Of a stretch of DNA of 64,000 bases, positions 18,995 to 27,391 are shown piece by piece. Each line of letters begins with the position of its first letter. The stretch's first letter is position 1. The stretch comes from Desulfobacterales bacterium (GTDB lineage Bacteria > Desulfobacterota > Desulfobacteria > Desulfobacterales > SG8-13): assembly GCA_049283795.1 (NCBI GenBank), contig JBAPWQ010000049.1:13400-77399 (forward strand), written 5' to 3'. The position numbers were made by a program, and so were the translations under genes. Below the pieces are notes generated by a model. That model searched no databases. It was not told the DNA's origin and saw only the letters and a program-made list of their open reading frames with translations.

Positions 18995-19408
18995 TGCGCC
19001 TCCTTCGCATCCGTGGCCTGCAAACGGGCCAAGACGGGAAGAGGCGCCGGCGCGCGTCAGCGCAGCGAGGCAGGTGAGGGGATCTTCGCGTGTTGAAACC
19101 GGTCGCGGGGCTTCCGGGATATTACAACGTTTCTTCGAGTTGGCTGGCGTTGGTGGTCGGGACTACCGCCAGGCTCCTTGTCGTCCATAAATTTTGCCTG
19201 TCCTTGATCGATGTCCAAAAAGTGGATCGTGAATCACGCCGTGCTTAACTCACCATCCACGGGCCCGCTTCGGGAGTGTTGGGTAAAGTTTAAAGCAGGC
19301 AGTCCAACACCCTAATTCAGATGCCGCCTTTTTTCAAGCTACAATTTGAGTTTGACCTCTCGGGGCCCGCTCAACGTGAAAAAAACTATCCGCGCCCGGC
19401 CGCCTGCA

Positions 19409-21739
19409 TCACACCAATCCGGTGAACTCGAACTCCAGCTTGGTCTGAAACTTTTCGACCCGCTTGAAGATTTCTTTCAGCATCTTCTGTTCGATGTTGG
19501 TCAGTTTTTTGGGATTGATGTAATTGTCGGGGGCGGTTTTTTCATCGACGACCGCCGTGACCTGCCGGACAAACCGCAACTGCATCAGGAAAGTGTAGGC
19601 TTTTTCAACCTCGTCGTGCTCCGGTACCGTAATGACCTTTTTCAACTGCAGGTGAACCAGGCGTTCCAGCGTGTTCGTTTCTTCGATTTTATGTTTGAGG
19701 GCATAAATACGGGCGAAATCGACGATGGGGGTCATGGCACTCTTGATATCCAGGGCGCTGCGGTGCTGGCCCTTGGATTCGACCACGAAGTTGCGAAAAA
19801 AACCGATGGGCGGTTTGAAGTGCAGGGCATTTTCAGTCAGGTGTCGAAAAAAACCGGACCAGCCCTCCAGGGATGCAAAAAGGTGTTTTCGCAGGGCCTC
19901 GATCAGTGACGCCTCTCCATAGCCGTGGCGAAAGTCGAAAAAGATGCTGGCCTGGAGCAAATCTTCCGGTTCGGCCGCATGAATCCAGGCCGAAAAATAG
20001 GCTTTCCAGGTCGAGAGCGACTGGCACCATTTGGGATTTTGAGCCATGACGCCACCGGTGCAGTATTCAAAACCGGCCTGGTCCAGCAGAAAGCAGGCCT
20101 TTTCCCCGAATTTCAAAAAATATTGCCTTACGTCCGGCTCCTCCTGTTTGTCGACGTCCTGGTACACGATGGCATTGTCCTGATCTGTTTTCAGGGTCTG
20201 CTCGTGCCGGCCTTCACTGCCCATGATCATGAAAACGAACGGAATCGGCGGCGGCCCCAACTCCTTTATGGTAAATGCCACGACCTTTTTGAGGATGGCG
20301 TCGGAGACGGCGGTAATGAACCGTGTCAGGTTCTGGGCTCGAGCGCCGCTGGTGATCAGGCTGCGGAGCAGTTGCGGCATCCGGCGGTTGCGCTCGATAA
20401 TCTGGGTTATGCTCTCCGCCTCGGTGATTTCCCGCAGCATAAACAATGGCGACTGCCCTTGAGCCGACAGGAGGTCACGGCTCGACAGAATACCCACCAC
20501 CTCATCGGCGGCGTCCATGACGGCCAGATGGCGGATGTCATCCTTCATCATCAGCATCAGGGCTTCAAAAATCAGCGCCTGGTCCGCAATCGTGCGGACC
20601 GGCGAGGACATGATGTCTTTCACCGGCTGCTGGATGTCCAGCCCCGGGGCGATTACCTTCAGGGCCAGGTCTTTTTCCGTTATGACACCCACGCACCGGC
20701 CGGAGGGTGCTTTGAGAAAGATCGAGCTGATTTTTTTCTGGTTCATCACTTGCGCGGCGTCTTGAATTGTCATGTCGACGCTGCCGAAGACCGGCTGGCG
20801 GGTGTAGATGCTGGCCACCGGTTGATTAAAAAACTGCAGGCCCTCCTGCTGGGGCTGCAGGGCCTTGGCGATGATGCTCGCATACGATTTTTCGAGCATG
20901 CGCCGGCCGAAAATGTCCGTGAAGTGCTCGGTGAAGGCTTCGAAGCGCTTGCAGATCTCCAGAAACGTTTGCTTGGGCAGCAGGTAGAAAAAGGACTTTT
21001 CGATCACCCGCATCGTGCGCACCGAAATGCCGTCGTTCAGCAGAATCGAAATGCCGCCGTAGATGTCGCCTGCGCCCAGCTGCTCGACCATCTTTTTTTT
21101 GTTTTGCTCCTCATAGTAGCGTTCCGCGGACCCCTTCTGAAGAATGTAGAGGTACCCGATGCGCGTGCGGCCCTGCACGAACAAAACGGTGTTCTTGGGA
21201 TAGTGGACCATCGTCAGTTCTGTTACGATGCTGTCGAGTTCCGTGGCCGGTAATACTGAAAAAGGCGGCAGGCGGGACAAAAAGTGCTTGGCCTGCCCGG
21301 ATTCGATGATCGAGGCCAGGGAGGTGTCGAAGATGTTTCGGCTGAAATTTTCCAGAAAATATTCGTAAAAGGCCTTGTAGCGCGTGCAGAGGTCCAGAAA
21401 ATTTTCCTCCGGGACCCTGTATCCGGTGCACTCCTCCTCGACGATGGCGGTCCGCAGGGAAATCCCGGCGTTGAGCAGGATCGTGATCCCGCCGAAAACT
21501 TCACCCTGTTTGATGAAGCCGGTCGGTTTTTGATCGTTTTTTTTCTCGTCGTAAAGCGCCAGGGCGCCTTTTCTCACGATGAAAATGCTGTCGACCTTCG
21601 TTTTTCCCTGCACGGCGTACGATGTGCCCTTGGCATGGCTTTCCTCGACGGCGGAGGCCGCAATTTTTTGGCGCTCTTCCCTGGGCAGGAAAGAAAAATG
21701 GGGCATGCCCGATATATATCGATAAATCTGCTGGTCCAT
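19409..21739 (-). CDS. Signal-transduction protein: 2x cyclic-nucleotide-binding, a CBS pair and a DUF294 putative nucleotidyltransferase
   Basis: Trimmed to the ATG at 21739 (GAGGAG RBS), giving 776 aa. Two cNMP-binding-like units, a CBS pair (ISSIFLKAPSGRCVGVITEKDL; RHLAVMDAADEVVGILSSRDLL) and MGSEGRHEQTLKTDQDNA, typical of DUF294. Confidence 0.85.
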   Translation of the reverse strand: MDQQIYRYISGMPHFSFLPREERQKIAASAVEESHAKGTSYAVQGKTKVDSIFIVRKGALALYDEKKNDQKPTGFIKQGEVFGGITILLNAGISLRTAIVEEECTGYRVPEENFLDLCTRYKAFYEYFLENFSRNIFDTSLASIIESGQAKHFLSRLPPFSVLPATELDSIVTELTMVHYPKNTVLFVQGRTRIGYLYILQKGSAERYYEEQNKKKMVEQLGAGDIYGGISILLNDGISVRTMRVIEKSFFYLLPKQTFLEICKRFEAFTEHFTDIFGRRMLEKSYASIIAKALQPQQEGLQFFNQPVASIYTRQPVFGSVDMTIQDAAQVMNQKKISSIFLKAPSGRCVGVITEKDLALKVIAPGLDIQQPVKDIMSSPVRTIADQALIFEALMLMMKDDIRHLAVMDAADEVVGILSSRDLLSAQGQSPLFMLREITEAESITQIIERNRRMPQLLRSLITSGARAQNLTRFITAVSDAILKKVVAFTIKELGPPPIPFVFMIMGSEGRHEQTLKTDQDNAIVYQDVDKQEEPDVRQYFLKFGEKACFLLDQAGFEYCTGGVMAQNPKWCQSLSTWKAYFSAWIHAAEPEDLLQASIFFDFRHGYGEASLIEALRKHLFASLEGWSGFFRHLTENALHFKPPIGFFRNFVVESKGQHRSALDIKSAMTPIVDFARIYALKHKIEETNTLERLVHLQLKKVITVPEHDEVEKAYTFLMQLRFVRQVTAVVDEKTAPDNYINPKKLTNIEQKMLKEIFKRVEKFQTKLEFEFTGLV

Positions 21740-21996
21740 CGAATCTCCTCGGGGTTGGGGGAAGGGGGAACTCATGCCGGGCCATTATAGGCAAAAATCC
21801 CCCCAACATTCAATGCGGAACCGCCGTGGTGCGCCACCGATCATCCGGGTGCCGGTGCATTAAATTCATGCAGCGGGGCGGTCACAGGTATTGCTAAAGT
21901 GTTCGAAAGTCGATATAAATGGTACGTGATGGCCGGCACGCGCCGTGTGACTTCAAAATTCAGATCGCCTGTAACCAAATGAGGAAAGTATTGATC

Positions 21997-22659
21997 ATGA
22001 TGATGCTGATGAAACGTCTGGTTTTTTTCGGAATTTGCCTGGTGTCGTTTGCCGTTCCGGTTCACGCGACCACGATGTATGTGAACGACGTGGTGGAAAT
22101 AACCCTGCGGACCGGCCAGAGCCTCGATCATAAGATACTGAGTTTCCTCCAGTCCGGTCAACGGCTCGAGGTTCTCCAGATGAATGACCAGTGGGCGCAC
22201 GTGCGCACGGCCAATGGCAAAGACGGGTGGGTCTTGACCCGTTACCTGACGCCCGAGCCGACGAGCAAGATCAAACTGGAAATGTTGGAGGAGAAACAAA
22301 AAAGCGTGATGGAGCAAAATGCCACCCTGCTCCAGGAAAACCAGCAACTCAAAGCCGAGAACAAGAAACTGTCAACCGCGCTCTCGGCGACGGATAAAGG
22401 CCTGAACCAGGTCCGCAACGAATTTGAAACGCTCAAATCGGAATCGGGTGACTTCCTCGCATTGAAATCCAAATACGAGAAAACGGCGACGCATCTCGAT
22501 GCCGAGGCCCGCAAGGCCACCCAGCTCGAAGAGCAGGTGGCGAAACTCGAGCGCAGTTATGCCATCAAATGGTTTCTGGCCGGTTCGGGAGTTCTCCTAT
22601 TCGGCTTTATTGTCGGATTCAGTCTCAAGCGCCAGCGGCGGCGCCCGTCACTGCTCTGA
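21997..22659 (+). CDS. Bacterial SH3-domain protein with a coiled coil and a C-terminal TM anchor (YgiM/TIGR04211-like)
   Basis: Start chosen at the ATG at 21997 (GAGGAAAG 8 nt upstream). It has a signal peptide, an SH3-like WAHVRTANGKDGWVLTRYL, a long coiled coil and a C-terminal WFLAGSGVLLFGFIVGF. Confidence 0.7.
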   Translation: MMMLMKRLVFFGICLVSFAVPVHATTMYVNDVVEITLRTGQSLDHKILSFLQSGQRLEVLQMNDQWAHVRTANGKDGWVLTRYLTPEPTSKIKLEMLEEKQKSVMEQNATLLQENQQLKAENKKLSTALSATDKGLNQVRNEFETLKSESGDFLALKSKYEKTATHLDAEARKATQLEEQVAKLERSYAIKWFLAGSGVLLFGFIVGFSLKRQRRRPSLL

Positions 22660-22768
22660 TGCTGCCGCGGGTCGATATGCGAACGAACGCGGCCCCTGTT
22701 AAGGTGCCGCTGCTCGTACCTGCCACCCATCAGGTTCCGGGGCCCGATCTGGCCGCGACCGGTTTTGT

Positions 22769-23047
22769 TCAGTCGGTGACATCTTCTTCGTTTTCGTCAT
22801 ACGGGGCATAGTCATAAGAAGTAACGCTGAATATTTTCGCTCCAGTTGAATCGAGCGACACACTGCCGGTCGCCTCGATCTCTTCGTCTATCATGTTCAA
22901 CAGCTTTTTCCCCGTCCGGTTCATTTCGACAATATATTCATCCTCATCGGTCGAGATCTTGACACCGGTGTTGTCATCATCGTCGTCCAGCGGATCGACG
23001 AAACCGATGAGTGTGACCTCCGCCCTGGAATCTTTATGGTGTTTCAT
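22769..23047 (-). CDS. Small acidic hypothetical protein (92 aa)
   Basis: ATG at 23047 with an AGAGGA RBS. Asp/Glu-rich sequence. No family recognised. Confidence 0.4.
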   Translation of the reverse strand: MKHHKDSRAEVTLIGFVDPLDDDDDNTGVKISTDEDEYIVEMNRTGKKLLNMIDEEIEATGSVSLDSTGAKIFSVTSYDYAPYDENEEDVTD

Positions 23048-23559
23048 CTGCCGTAATCCTCTTGTTGATGAAGTTGATGATGGCGCCAAGCGCTGGGCGC
23101 CGGGTGCGCTGAAACACGATTTCAAAGAGCAAATCCCATGCCGTGCGCGTAACACCCGGTTATCTTCCCGGTTACATCACGCCGGCCGGCAGACGGGGGA
23201 ACTGACTGTTCCGGTCTGTGGGCCGGCCGGCCGCGGACCACGCTGCAGCTTCCGGAACCTGGCAATACAACCTGCTGAAAAAAAAGATAAAAATAAATTC
23301 AGCGCCCTGCCGTGTCCGGGGCGGAAATTTTGACGTCCGGTATCGAGCCCCGTCGCCACCCTACGCGAACACATAATTCCCCTGGAGGCCAAAAAAGGAA
23401 CCGTGAGTTCTTCACTGTCACCTTGCCGGCGGCGTGTCAACGGGTGCGCCAACGCGCAACCGGTTGAATGAGGCCGCCAAACCGTCTGAAATAAAGGGCT
23501 GGCGTCTTTGGCCGGCGCGTAGCCGGTGACGGCGATTTCTTTGTGGCATTATGAGTTTT

Positions 23560-23575
23560 TGGCACCTGTTTTGCT
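23560..23575 (+). promoter_or_regulatory. Sigma-54 (-24/-12) type promoter upstream of the KamA gene
   Basis: TGGCACctgttTTGCT matches TGGCAC-N5-TTGCW with exact GG-to-GC spacing, about 220 nt upstream of the ATG at 23798. Confidence 0.5.
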
Positions 23576-23797
23576 ATGCGATGGTCAAAAGCCGGACGGA
23601 TCGTATGGCGTTCAGGAGTCAGGTCGACTTCCCCGCGGTCCGGCGATTTTACCGTTACGGGTAAAAAACGAGAAAATGGCCCGCCGTCGATTTGCCGGGC
23701 GGTGCCGCTGGCGCCCCTTGGCCTGGGCGGTGCGGGGCGCCTGATGGTCATCACGACCAGGGTCGAGTTCGACCCCAACAGAAAAGGAGAACCGTTC

Positions 23798-25147
23798 ATG
23801 CATCCTAACCCGTCCATTTTTCAACCGACCGTTGCCAACGGCCCCCAGGACGCCTTGCAGGGGAGGGAAGACGAAGAGCCTCCGGGTAGACAGGCAGCGG
23901 CTTCCGAGCCGACTGCCAGCTGCGGTCTTCGGCGATCCTCTCGCTGCAATGACGCGGCCGTCGTCCTTAGATTCCCCCCCGAGCGTGTTGCCCGCACTTC
24001 CGTAACCACGCGCGCCTTCCGGCGCAAATTTTTCCCCGGCGTACCCGACAAATCCTGGAATGATTGGCAATGGCAGATCCGCAACCGGATCCGGCACTAC
24101 GGGCAGCTCCAGTCGATGCTGAATCTCTCGGATTTGGAAAAAGCCGCCGGCGACCACACCGGCCCCAAGCTGCCTATGGGCATAACGCCGTATTACATGA
24201 GCCTGCTCTCCGCCGATGATGCCGACCAACCTTTGCGGCGCACGGTCGTGCCGACGATTAACGAGTTCGTCAGTTCGGCGGGAGAAGCGGACGATCCGCT
24301 CGGAGAAGAGAACCAGAGCCCGGTGCCGGGCCTCGTTCACCGCTACCCCGACCGGGTCCTTCTGCTGGTGCATGATTTCTGTTCCACATACTGCCGTTAC
24401 TGCACACGGTCGCGGGTGGTGGGTCACGGCGCCATTCTGCCGAGCCGGTCGCGTCTCGAGCAGGCGATCGACTACATTCGTGCGACGCCCGCGGTGCGCG
24501 ACGTGCTGGTGTCCGGCGGCGATCCGTTGACCCTCAACGACGACCGGCTGGAGTGGATCCTGGCGCGCCTGCGGCGGATACCGCATGTGGAGGTCGTGCG
24601 GATCGGGACCAAGATCCCGGCCGTCCTGCCGCAGCGGGTCACCGGGCGCTTGGTGCGGATGCTGCGCAAGTACCATCCGCTCTGGATGAGCCTGCATTTC
24701 ACCCACCCCGACGAGTGCACGCCGGAGACCACGCGCGCCTGTGGCATGCTGGCCGATGCCGGCATACCGTTGGGCTCGCAGACGGTCCTGCTCAAAGGCG
24801 TAAATGATTCGGCGGCGACGATGACCGCGCTGTGTCACGGCCTGCTGCGGATGCGCGTGCGGCCGTACTACCTCTATCAGTGCGACCCGATAACCGGTTC
24901 GGGCCACTTCCGGACCTCGATCGCCCGGGGCCTGGAGATCATCCGGGGGATGAGGGGGTTCACCAGCGGCTACGCCGTGCCGACCTATGTCGTGGATGCG
25001 CCCGGCGGCGGCGGCAAGGTCCCGCTGATGCCCGATTACATGGCCGGCCGGGAGGGAGCCGATCTGCTGCTGCGCAACTACGAAAATCGGCTGTACCGCT
25101 ATCCCGATTGCCGGGCCGCGGATATCGACCCTGGCGCTTCAGTCTGA
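23798..25147 (+). CDS. kamA: KamA-family radical-SAM lysine 2,3-aminomutase
   Basis: Trimmed to the ATG at 23798 (AAAGGAGA RBS), giving 449 aa. Motifs CSTYCRYCTR (CxxxCxxC), YYLYQCD and VVDAPGGGGKVPL (PLP Lys). Both Asp residues tied to epsilon-amino binding in LAM appear conserved. Confidence 0.85.
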   Translation: MHPNPSIFQPTVANGPQDALQGREDEEPPGRQAAASEPTASCGLRRSSRCNDAAVVLRFPPERVARTSVTTRAFRRKFFPGVPDKSWNDWQWQIRNRIRHYGQLQSMLNLSDLEKAAGDHTGPKLPMGITPYYMSLLSADDADQPLRRTVVPTINEFVSSAGEADDPLGEENQSPVPGLVHRYPDRVLLLVHDFCSTYCRYCTRSRVVGHGAILPSRSRLEQAIDYIRATPAVRDVLVSGGDPLTLNDDRLEWILARLRRIPHVEVVRIGTKIPAVLPQRVTGRLVRMLRKYHPLWMSLHFTHPDECTPETTRACGMLADAGIPLGSQTVLLKGVNDSAATMTALCHGLLRMRVRPYYLYQCDPITGSGHFRTSIARGLEIIRGMRGFTSGYAVPTYVVDAPGGGGKVPLMPDYMAGREGADLLLRNYENRLYRYPDCRAADIDPGASV

Positions 25148-25192
25148 CGGCCGGAAACCATTCCATAGATCATATTCCTTTGCCCGCTGAAT

Positions 25193-25260
25193 CGGCCGGG
25201 TTTTAAGAACCGGAAACGGTTTTCGAAACCCGGCCGGGGTTTTCGCTTGCCCGGTTTTCG
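25193..25260 (+). promoter_or_regulatory. Long imperfect hairpin with a GAAA loop, plus three GGTTTTCG direct repeats between kamA and the ATP-grasp genes
   Basis: cggccgggtttt..aaccg-gaaa-cggtt..aaacccggccg (25193..25236) is followed by GGGTTTTCG. GGTTTTCG occurs at 25218, 25238 and 25253. Confidence 0.35.
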
Positions 25261-25312
25261 CCGGTGATGTAGAGGTGGCATTCGCAGCAGAACTTGTTAA
25301 AGGACTTACGCC

Positions 25313-26326
25313 ATGAAAATCGGCCTGACATACGACCTGCGTTCGGAATACCTGGCGGCCGGATTCGGAGAAGAGGAAACCGCTGAATTCGACCGTGACG
25401 ATACCGTGATGGCTATCGAGAATGCGCTGCTGGGCCTGGGACATGCCACCGATCGCATCGGCAATGTTCGCAGCCTGTTCGGGCGCCTGACCGCCGGCGA
25501 CCGCTGGGACCTCGTTTTCAATATCGCCGAGGGGCTCAAGGGCATCGGCCGCGAGGCCCAGGTGCCCTCGGCGCTGGATGTCTACGGCATTCCCTACACC
25601 TTTTCGGATCCCCTGGTCATGGCGCTGACCCTGCACAAGGCGGTGACCAAGCGGGTGGTGCGCGATGCCGGCGTCCCCACGCCGGATTTTGCAGTGGTCC
25701 GGCCGGGCGATGGCGCCGGACCGTTGCCCTTTCCTCCGCCGTACTTCGTCAAGCCGGTGGCGGAAGGCACCGGCAAAGGGATTACGCCGCAATCGATCGT
25801 GCGGCGGCCCGAAGATCTGTCCGCTGCCAGCGACTCTTTGATCGCCGCCTTCCACCAGCCCGTCCTGGTCGAGCGCTTTCTGCCGGGCCGGGAGTTCACG
25901 GTCGGCATCGTGGGAACCGGCGCCCGGGCTCGGGTGCTCGGCACCATCGAAGTGCACCTTCTGGCGGCGGCCGAACCCGAGGTCTACTCCTATGTCAACA
26001 AGGAACGCTGCGAGGAGCTGGTCGAATACCGGCTCGGCCGCCCGGATGACGATCTGGCGGTGAAGGAGGCCGAAGACGTTGCACTGCGGGCCTGGCGGGT
26101 GCTCGAATGCCGGGATGCCGGCCGGATCGATGTGCGCTGCGATGAAAACGGCCGGCCGAATTTCATGGAGGTCAATCCCCTGGCCGGCTTGCACCCCTTC
26201 CATTCGGACTTGCCGATCATCTGCAGCCACATCGGGATGCCTTATGAGGACCTGATCCGGGACATCGTGGCTTCCGCCTCCCGGCGGATCGGCCCCGCGG
26301 CCGACCTCAAAGGAGCCGTGACCTGA
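25313..26326 (+). CDS. ATP-grasp ligase, D-alanine--D-alanine ligase family (paralog 1)
   Basis: 337 aa. Ddl-like layout: KAVTKRVVRDAGVPTPDF, YFVKPVAEGTGKGI, VLVERFLPGREFTVGIVG and GRIDVRCDENGRPNFMEVNPLAG. Confidence 0.8.
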   Translation: MKIGLTYDLRSEYLAAGFGEEETAEFDRDDTVMAIENALLGLGHATDRIGNVRSLFGRLTAGDRWDLVFNIAEGLKGIGREAQVPSALDVYGIPYTFSDPLVMALTLHKAVTKRVVRDAGVPTPDFAVVRPGDGAGPLPFPPPYFVKPVAEGTGKGITPQSIVRRPEDLSAASDSLIAAFHQPVLVERFLPGREFTVGIVGTGARARVLGTIEVHLLAAAEPEVYSYVNKERCEELVEYRLGRPDDDLAVKEAEDVALRAWRVLECRDAGRIDVRCDENGRPNFMEVNPLAGLHPFHSDLPIICSHIGMPYEDLIRDIVASASRRIGPAADLKGAVT

Positions 26327-26327
26327 T

Positions 26328-27386
26328 ATGCGTGTGGCGGTCGTGCACAACGACGTGACCCGGGACAGCGCCCCCGATGCGATAGACGTGCTGGCCCAGG
26401 CGGCAGCCGTCGAAAAAGCGCTGGCCGCGCTCGGCCACGAGGCGCTGACCTTCCCCTGCTCCCTCGATCTGGCCGGCGCCAGGGATCGGCTCAACCAGAT
26501 GCGGCCGGAAATCGTCTTCAACCTGGTGGAGTCGCTCGATGAACACGGGTGCCTGGCGCACCTGTTTCCCGCGCTGCTGGAGGCGATGGCGCTGCACTAC
26601 ACCGGCTCGCCGGCGGTGACGCTGCAGCTGACCACCCACAAGATCATGGCCAAGGAGCTGTTGCTGGCCTCCGGCCTGCGCACGCCGGCCTGGAGGGGGC
26701 CGTTTCCGGCCGAGCCGCTGTCACTGCTGCCCGCCGCAGCCGTGCGCTCCGCAAACACCCCCGGCGATCGCTGGATCGTCAAATCCGTCTGGGAGCACGC
26801 CTCTTTCGGCATGGAAGAAGATGCGTTGGTGTCCGATCTCACCGAAAAGGAGATCGAGAGGGTTTTGCGCGACCGCGCCCCGCACCTCGGCGGGTCCTGT
26901 TTCGCGGAGGGCTATGTGGACGGCCGCGAGTTCAACCTGGCGGTGCTGGCCGGTGAGACCGGGCCCCGTGTCCTGCCGCCGGCCGAGATTGTCTTTGACG
27001 GCTATGACGACCACAAACCGCGGATTGTCGGCTACCGTGCCAAATGGGAGCCGGATTCCTTCGAATACCATCACACCCCGCGACGATTTGATTTTCCGTC
27101 CGCCGACGAAGGGCTGCTGGACCGCCTCAAGGTCGATGCCCTCGCCTGCTGGCGCATCTTCGGGCTGGGCGGCTACGCGCGCGTCGATTTTCGAATAGAT
27201 CCGCACGGCACCCCCTGGATCCTCGAAGTCAATGCCAACCCGTGCCTGTCGCCCGATGCCGGTTTCGCCGCCGCACTGGCCCAAGGCGGCGTGTCGTTTC
27301 CAGATGCCGTTCAAGGAATCCTGGAAGACGCGCATAGGTGCGGCCGACGGCGATTGGCAAAGGGCAACCGCGACCGAGGAGCTTGA
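26328..27386 (+). CDS. ATP-grasp ligase, D-alanine--D-alanine ligase family (paralog 2)
   Basis: 352 aa. The ATG is 1 nt after the stop of paralog 1 (AAAGGAG RBS inside it). Motifs HKIMAKELLLASGLRTPAW, WIVKSVWEHASFGM, EGYVDGREFNLAVLAG and YARVDFRIDPHGTPWILEVNANPCLS. Confidence 0.8.
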   Translation: MRVAVVHNDVTRDSAPDAIDVLAQAAAVEKALAALGHEALTFPCSLDLAGARDRLNQMRPEIVFNLVESLDEHGCLAHLFPALLEAMALHYTGSPAVTLQLTTHKIMAKELLLASGLRTPAWRGPFPAEPLSLLPAAAVRSANTPGDRWIVKSVWEHASFGMEEDALVSDLTEKEIERVLRDRAPHLGGSCFAEGYVDGREFNLAVLAGETGPRVLPPAEIVFDGYDDHKPRIVGYRAKWEPDSFEYHHTPRRFDFPSADEGLLDRLKVDALACWRIFGLGGYARVDFRIDPHGTPWILEVNANPCLSPDAGFAAALAQGGVSFPDAVQGILEDAHRCGRRRLAKGNRDRGA

Positions 27387-27391
27387 CCACA

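Noticed and set aside
18995-19408. M-box (Mg2+) riboswitch in the 414-nt region upstream of mgtE
   Set aside because: Several hairpins exist on the minus strand, for example GTGGAT...ATCCAC+TTTTT and GGGTGTTGG...CCAACAC. I could not match the conserved M-box core by eye. Part of the region must also serve as the terminator of the upstream DUF294 gene. It needs a covariance-model scan (Rfam RF00380).
23576-23797. N-terminal extension of the KamA ORF, and similar extensions at 12698..12925, 30575..30778, 34656..34697 and 15088..15513
   Set aside because: In each case an internal start with a good Shine-Dalgarno begins the recognisable domain. The upstream in-frame sequence is low-complexity.
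86-25147. EF-P plus lysine 2,3-aminomutase read as an EpmB/EpmA beta-lysylation system
   Set aside because: The EF-P paralog is the Arg-tipped EfpL/YeiP type, not the Lys-tipped type. The two genes are 23 kb apart on different strands, and no EpmA/PoxA ligase is present. KamA is instead tightly linked to the ATP-grasp and GNAT-HDAC genes.
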